Shown: piece after piece, positions 59,824 to 64,000 of the stretch
How positions within the stretch are numbered: position 1 is the stretch's first letter
Layout: each line of letters starts with the position of its first letter
Made by a program: the position numbers and the translations under genes
Notes under the pieces: model-generated
Seen by the model: the letters and a program-made list of their open reading frames with translations, nothing else
The model's database searches: none
Told to the model about the DNA's origin: nothing
Assembly (NCBI GenBank): GCA_031459915.1
Contig: JAVKHO010000009.1
Location: 1 to 64,000, forward strand
DNA length: 64,000 nucleotides
Reading direction: 5' to 3'
Source of the DNA: Candidatus Tepidifontimicrobium thermophilum
GTDB taxonomy: Bacteria; Sysuimicrobiota; Sysuimicrobiia; Sysuimicrobiales; Sysuimicrobiaceae

Positions 59824-60623
59824 CGGGGGCACCCGAGAGGGGGGATCGCGGGGCCAGGGGGGCTGCCTCCGAGGGGACCGCAGACCGGTTCCTGAGCGCG
59901 GTGTTCGCGCCCGTGCGTTCCCGCAACGTGGTGGAGGAGACGGTGGAGCGCATCGCGGGGGTGATCAAGGCCCGCTTGGTCAAGGTCGGCGACCAGCTCC
60001 CGCCCGAACGGGAGCTGGCCCGGCGGCTCGGGATCAGCCGGTCCACCCTGCGGGGCGCCCTGCGCATCCTGGTGGACGCGGGCTACCTGGAGGTCCGGCG
60101 CGGGCGGACCGGCGGGACCTTCGTGGCCCGGTGGCCGGACCTTCCGCGGGCGCGGGAACGGAGGGCGGTGCTGAACCGCGTCCGCCACGACATCCCCGCC
60201 ATCCTGGACTTCCGCCGGGCCGTGGAGCCCGCGGCCGCGGAGCTGGCCGCGGAGCGGGCGTCCCCCGTGGAGATCCGGGAGCTGGGGCAGCTGCTGTCCA
60301 GCATGCGGGGTGCGGAGCGCAACTTTACCGTCTACCGCGCCTACGACGCCCGTTTCCACGTGGGGATCGCGGCGGCGGCAAAAAGTCCGCTCCTCCTGGA
60401 CAGCGTGGTTCGGCTGCAGACGTCCCTCACGGAGATTTTGGACCTCATCGTGCACCACTCGGAGGAGGTGCTGCGCCACTCCACGGAGTACCACTGGCGG
60501 ATCCTGGAGGCCATCCGCGAGCACCGTCCCGCGCAGGCGCGCCAGCTCATGCTGGATCACATCCGGGCCACGGAGAACATCGTGCACGGGCTGGTCCCCG
60601 AGGTGGAGGTGCCGGCGCGATGA
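59820..60623 (+). CDS. GntR/FadR family regulator
   Basis: LPPERELA, SRSTLR, RRGRTGGTFV; FCD domain with DARFH. Confidence 0.92.
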   Translation: MTGAPERGDRGARGAASEGTADRFLSAVFAPVRSRNVVEETVERIAGVIKARLVKVGDQLPPERELARRLGISRSTLRGALRILVDAGYLEVRRGRTGGTFVARWPDLPRARERRAVLNRVRHDIPAILDFRRAVEPAAAELAAERASPVEIRELGQLLSSMRGAERNFTVYRAYDARFHVGIAAAAKSPLLLDSVVRLQTSLTEILDLIVHHSEEVLRHSTEYHWRILEAIREHRPAQARQLMLDHIRATENIVHGLVPEVEVPAR

Positions 60624-61027
60624 CCCGCAGCCAAGTGCCGCCAGAGGGCGCGTCTTCCGCCGTGCACGTGCTGCTGTACGATGGGGACTGCGGCTTCTGC
60701 CGGTGGGCGGTAGGGAGGGTGCTGGGTTGGGACCGGGGGCGTCGGGTCCGCGCGTGCGCGCTGCAGGACCCGGAGGCGGCGCGGTGGCTGGGGGGGCTGC
60801 CGGAGGAAGTGCGGACGGCGTCGTGGCACCTGGTGGATCCCGAGGGCCGTGTAGCCTCCGGCGGCCGCGCGGTGGGACCCCTGCTGCGCTTGCTGCCCTT
60901 CGGCCGCCCCCTGGCAGCCCTGGCGGAGGCTTTCCCCAGGGTGACGGAAGCCGCCTACCGATGGGTGGCGCGCCACCGGTCCAGGCTGGGGCGGTTCGTC
61001 CGCGGGGGTTCGTGCGGCCAGCGTTAA
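60620..61027 (+). CDS. DCC1-like (DUF393) thiol-disulfide oxidoreductase
   Basis: LLYDGDCGFC, AYRWVARHR. Confidence 0.85.
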   Translation: MTRSQVPPEGASSAVHVLLYDGDCGFCRWAVGRVLGWDRGRRVRACALQDPEAARWLGGLPEEVRTASWHLVDPEGRVASGGRAVGPLLRLLPFGRPLAALAEAFPRVTEAAYRWVARHRSRLGRFVRGGSCGQR

Positions 61028-61043
61028 CCGACGGACCCCGCGG

Positions 61044-62027
61044 TCACGAGCCGCGTAGCTCTGGGGACGGCCGCAGGCGCAGGCCCTGCTCGCTGGGCTG
61101 GACCTCGGTACCGAGCTCCGCGCACAGCTCCCTCATGCGCTGGCAGATGGCCTCCCGCTCCCAGCCGTGCGCCAGCCCGGCCCGGAAGTGTCGGATGGTG
61201 GTGGGCACCAGCTCCACCTCCACGCCGCCCGGCTTCCACTCCAGGAGGAAGGCGAAGGACCAGTCGTTCCGCTCCACCTCGTCCACCGCGTAGTCGTCCA
61301 CGAAGTCCCCACAGCTGTAGAGGACCGCGCATGCGTCCACGAACTCCACGCCCCGGACGATGTGGGCGCTGTGGCCCCACACCACCTGGGCGCCTGCCCG
61401 GGCCAGCAAGCGTGCCGCCTCCCGGTGCTCCGGGAGGGGCCGGCGGCCCCAGTTGGGACCCCAGTGGGCGGAGACCACCACCGCGTCCACTTCGGCCGCC
61501 AGCTGGCGGGTGAGCTGCACCACCCGCTGGAAGCGGGGATCCTCGGGGTCTACGGGGGCGTAGAACACCCCGGGGCGGCCGGGTGCCGCTTCCCACCCGG
61601 GTTCGTTGTCGGTGAAGGCGACCAAGCCCACGCGAGTCCGCCCGCACGTCCACCGGGCCGGCCGCTGTGCCTCCTCCGCGTCCCTGCCCGCGCCCGCGTG
61701 GGCGATGCCCGCGGCGTCCAGCACCTGCAGGCAGTCCGCCAGGGCGTCCTCCCCGAAGTCCAGCACGTGGTTGTTCGCGAGGCTCACCGCCCGCACGCCC
61801 CCAGCTTCCAGCACCCGCACGTTCCGGGCATCCGAGCGGAACGTGAACAGCTTCCCGGGCCAGGGGGTCCCGCGGTCGGACAGCACGCACTCCAGGTTGC
61901 ACACCACGCCGTCGGTGCCCCGCAGCACGGGCAGCACGTCTCCCCAGGGGTCCGTGGGAGGGCGGTTCTGCAGCGCCCGGTTCACCAACCGGCCCAGCAT
62001 GACGTCTCCCAAAAACGCCAGCCTCAT
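61044..62027 (-). CDS. CapA/PgsA family metallophosphoesterase-fold protein (no signal peptide)
   Basis: GDVMLGR, CNLE, SLANNHVLDFG, HAGAG, AHWG, GHSAH, YSCGDFVDDY. Confidence 0.9.
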   Translation of the reverse strand: MRLAFLGDVMLGRLVNRALQNRPPTDPWGDVLPVLRGTDGVVCNLECVLSDRGTPWPGKLFTFRSDARNVRVLEAGGVRAVSLANNHVLDFGEDALADCLQVLDAAGIAHAGAGRDAEEAQRPARWTCGRTRVGLVAFTDNEPGWEAAPGRPGVFYAPVDPEDPRFQRVVQLTRQLAAEVDAVVVSAHWGPNWGRRPLPEHREAARLLARAGAQVVWGHSAHIVRGVEFVDACAVLYSCGDFVDDYAVDEVERNDWSFAFLLEWKPGGVEVELVPTTIRHFRAGLAHGWEREAICQRMRELCAELGTEVQPSEQGLRLRPSPELRGS

Positions 62028-62112
62028 GTCGTCCCCCGCGGAGGGAAGTCCGGGCCCTGCGCCGTAGCATCCCTGCGTTGCGCAGGATACCACGCGCGGG
62101 GCGGGGAGGGCC

Positions 62113-62856
62113 GTGGAGATCTGGATGAAGGCGGTGCCGTGTGGCCGGCTGCAGCCGGGACAGGATCTGGGCGCGTGGGTGGCTGACGCCCTGGAGCGGT
62201 CCGGGCTGCGGCCGCAGGACGGAGACGTCGTGGTGGTGGCCCACAAGGTGGTCTCGGTGGCGGAGGGGCGGGTGGTGCGCCTGGAGGAGGTCCGGCCTTC
62301 TGCGGCGGCTGTGCAACTCGCGCACCAGACGGGCAAGGACCCGCGGCTGGTGGAGCTGGTGCTGCGGGAGTCCACGGAGATCGTCCGTGCGCGTCCCGGT
62401 CTGCTGATCACACGGCACCGGCTCGGATTCGTGTGCGCCAACGGCGGCGTCGACCGTTCCAACGCGGGCCCGGGGTGTGCCGTCCTGCTGCCCGCTGACC
62501 CCGACGGATCCGCGCGGCGCCTGCGGGAGGCTCTGCGGGCCCGCTTCGGATGCCAGGTGGGCGTGGTGGTGGCGGACACCCACGGCCGCGCACACCGGGA
62601 GGGCGCGGTGGGGGTGTGCGTGGGGGTCGCGGGCCTGCAGCCGCTACTGGACCACCGCGGGCGGCACGACCTGTACGGGTACGTCCTGTCTAGCTCCGTG
62701 GAGGCGGTGGCGGACGAGCTGGCGTCCGCGGCCACCCTCCTGATGGGCCAGGCGGACGAGAACCGCCCCCTCGTGCTGATCCGGGGCTGGTCCGCCAGGG
62801 GCGAGGGCAGCGCCCGGGCGCTGGTGCGGCGCCCGGAGCGTGACCTCTTCCGCTAG
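62113..62856 (+). CDS. cofE: Coenzyme F420-0:L-glutamate ligase
   Basis: GDVVVVAHKVVSVAEG, CANGGVDRSN, LPADPDGSA, DTHGR, DELASAA. Confidence 0.93.
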   Translation: MEIWMKAVPCGRLQPGQDLGAWVADALERSGLRPQDGDVVVVAHKVVSVAEGRVVRLEEVRPSAAAVQLAHQTGKDPRLVELVLRESTEIVRARPGLLITRHRLGFVCANGGVDRSNAGPGCAVLLPADPDGSARRLREALRARFGCQVGVVVADTHGRAHREGAVGVCVGVAGLQPLLDHRGRHDLYGYVLSSSVEAVADELASAATLLMGQADENRPLVLIRGWSARGEGSARALVRRPERDLFR

Positions 62857-62859
62857 GTT

Positions 62860-62878
62860 TGCGGGACGCGTTCCCGCA
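62860..62878. terminator. Hairpin after cofE
   Basis: TGCGGGA-cgcgt-TCCCGCA; no U tract on the + strand. Confidence 0.3.
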
Positions 62879-62995
62879 GGGGCGAAGGTGCCCGCGCTCC
62901 CACACCGGCCGGGTCATTGCGGTGGTCCCCACGGTGGTGTTGACGCCCTGTGCTACGATGGGGCCGACCGAAGGGGGTATGCGGCGGGGATCGCG

Positions 62996-64000
62996 GTGTC
63001 GAAGAAGAGCCTGGTGATCGTCGAGTCGCCCACGAAGGCCCGCACCCTGAAGAAGCTGCTGGACCGCCGCTTCCGGGTGCTGGCGTCCATGGGGCACGTG
63101 CGCGACCTGCCCAAGTCGAAGTTGGGCGTGGACGTGGACAACGGGTTCGCGCCCCACTACATCGTGATCAAGGGTAAGGGTCCCGTCCTGAAGGAGCTGC
63201 GGGAGGCGGCCAAGGACGCCGACACCGTGTACCTGGCTGCCGACCCCGACCGCGAGGGCGAGGCCATCTCCTGGCACCTGCAGACCCTCCTGAACGGGAT
63301 GAACCCCAACATCCGCCGCATCGAGTTCCACGAGGTGACCCGGGAAGCGGTGCGCCGCGCCCTGCAGCACCCCCGGGACATCGACATGAACCGCGTGGCG
63401 GCGCAGCAGGCGCGGCGGGTGCTGGACCGGCTGGTGGGCTACAAGCTCAGCCCGCTTCTCTGGCGGAAGGTGCGGGGCGGGCTGAGCGCGGGCCGGGTGC
63501 AGTCCGTGGCCCTCCGCCTGGTGTGCGACCGCGAGCGGGAGATCGAGGCCTTCACCCCGCAGGAGTACTGGACCATCACCGCGCGCCTCAGCCGCCAGAA
63601 CGACGACACCGTCTTCGAGGCCCGGCTGGTCTTTCGGGGCGACGCCAAGGTGGAACTCGCCCGCGAGGAGGAGGCCCGACGCGTCCTGGAGGAGCTGGAG
63701 GCCGCGGACTACCGGGTGGCGGAGGTACGCCGCCGGGACCAGCAACGGCACCCCGCACCGCCGTTCATCACCAGCACCCTGCAGCAGGAGGCCAACCGTC
63801 GGCTGGGCTACTCTGCCTCCCGGACCATGTCCCTGGCGCAGCAGCTGTACGAGGGGCTGGACGTGGGCGAGGAAGGTACCGTGGGGTTGATCACCTACAT
63901 GCGCACCGACTCCGTGCGGGTGGCCTCGTCCGCGCAGGAGGAGGCGCGGGCGTTCGTGCGGGAGCGGTGGGGCCCCTCGTACGTGCCGCCGCAGCCGCGC
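62996..64000 (+). CDS. topA: DNA topoisomerase I (partial, runs off the window; not in the ORF track)
   Basis: GTG start; SLVIVESPTKA, SMGHVRDLP, ADPDREGEAI, SAGRVQS, EEYW-like QEYW, AQQLYEG, GLITYMRTDS. Confidence 0.96.
   Translation, partial: MSKKSLVIVESPTKARTLKKLLDRRFRVLASMGHVRDLPKSKLGVDVDNGFAPHYIVIKGKGPVLKELREAAKDADTVYLAADPDREGEAISWHLQTLLNGMNPNIRRIEFHEVTREAVRRALQHPRDIDMNRVAAQQARRVLDRLVGYKLSPLLWRKVRGGLSAGRVQSVALRLVCDREREIEAFTPQEYWTITARLSRQNDDTVFEARLVFRGDAKVELAREEEARRVLEELEAADYRVAEVRRRDQQRHPAPPFITSTLQQEANRRLGYSASRTMSLAQQLYEGLDVGEEGTVGLITYMRTDSVRVASSAQEEARAFVRERWGPSYVPPQPR

Noticed and set aside
61044..62027. Poly-gamma-glutamate capsule locus
   Set aside because: capB and capC are absent, and the protein has no membrane anchor

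Overview
This is a very GC-rich bacterial chromosome segment. My lineage guess is a thermophile related to Armatimonadota/'Ca. Sysuimicrobiota', which cannot be verified here. (1) 1-16.3 kb looks like the right-hand part of a decayed genomic island. It ends in a 3' fragment of tRNA-Thr(TGT) flanked by putative arm-type repeats. It carries two different IS256 remnants, an IS3 stub fused to a decapitated tatA, an intact vapBC pair, an ABC transporter lacking a binding protein, and an IclR / Pot-like ABC / hydantoinase-oxoprolinase A+B operon converging on aroM and an LLM oxidoreductase. (2) 16.4-48.5 kb is mostly core genome: a CsgG-like protein, a TRAP transporter, ppdK-sfsA-GGDEF, mgtE-recO, T-box-glyQS-dgt-hppA-dnaG-rpoD-ahcY, an LLM, comF, an amine dehydrogenase, arcC, an aminotransferase, a decaying HEPN-MNT pair, and comM-dprA. 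(3) 48.5-62.9 kb lies between dprA and topA. It holds an apparently complete gamma-glutamylation pathway (GS-like ligase, SDR, ALDH, C26 hydrolase, FadR). In the same operon are a TRAP binding protein with the ethanolamine-type signature and a PhnS2/AepX-like aminophosphonate-type ABC importer, with no phosphonate-cleaving genes in the window. CapA-like and cofE genes follow. This combination is my best candidate for an undescribed system. No CRISPR array, rRNA or intact tRNA was seen. Family assignments come from motif recognition only; no database searches were run.
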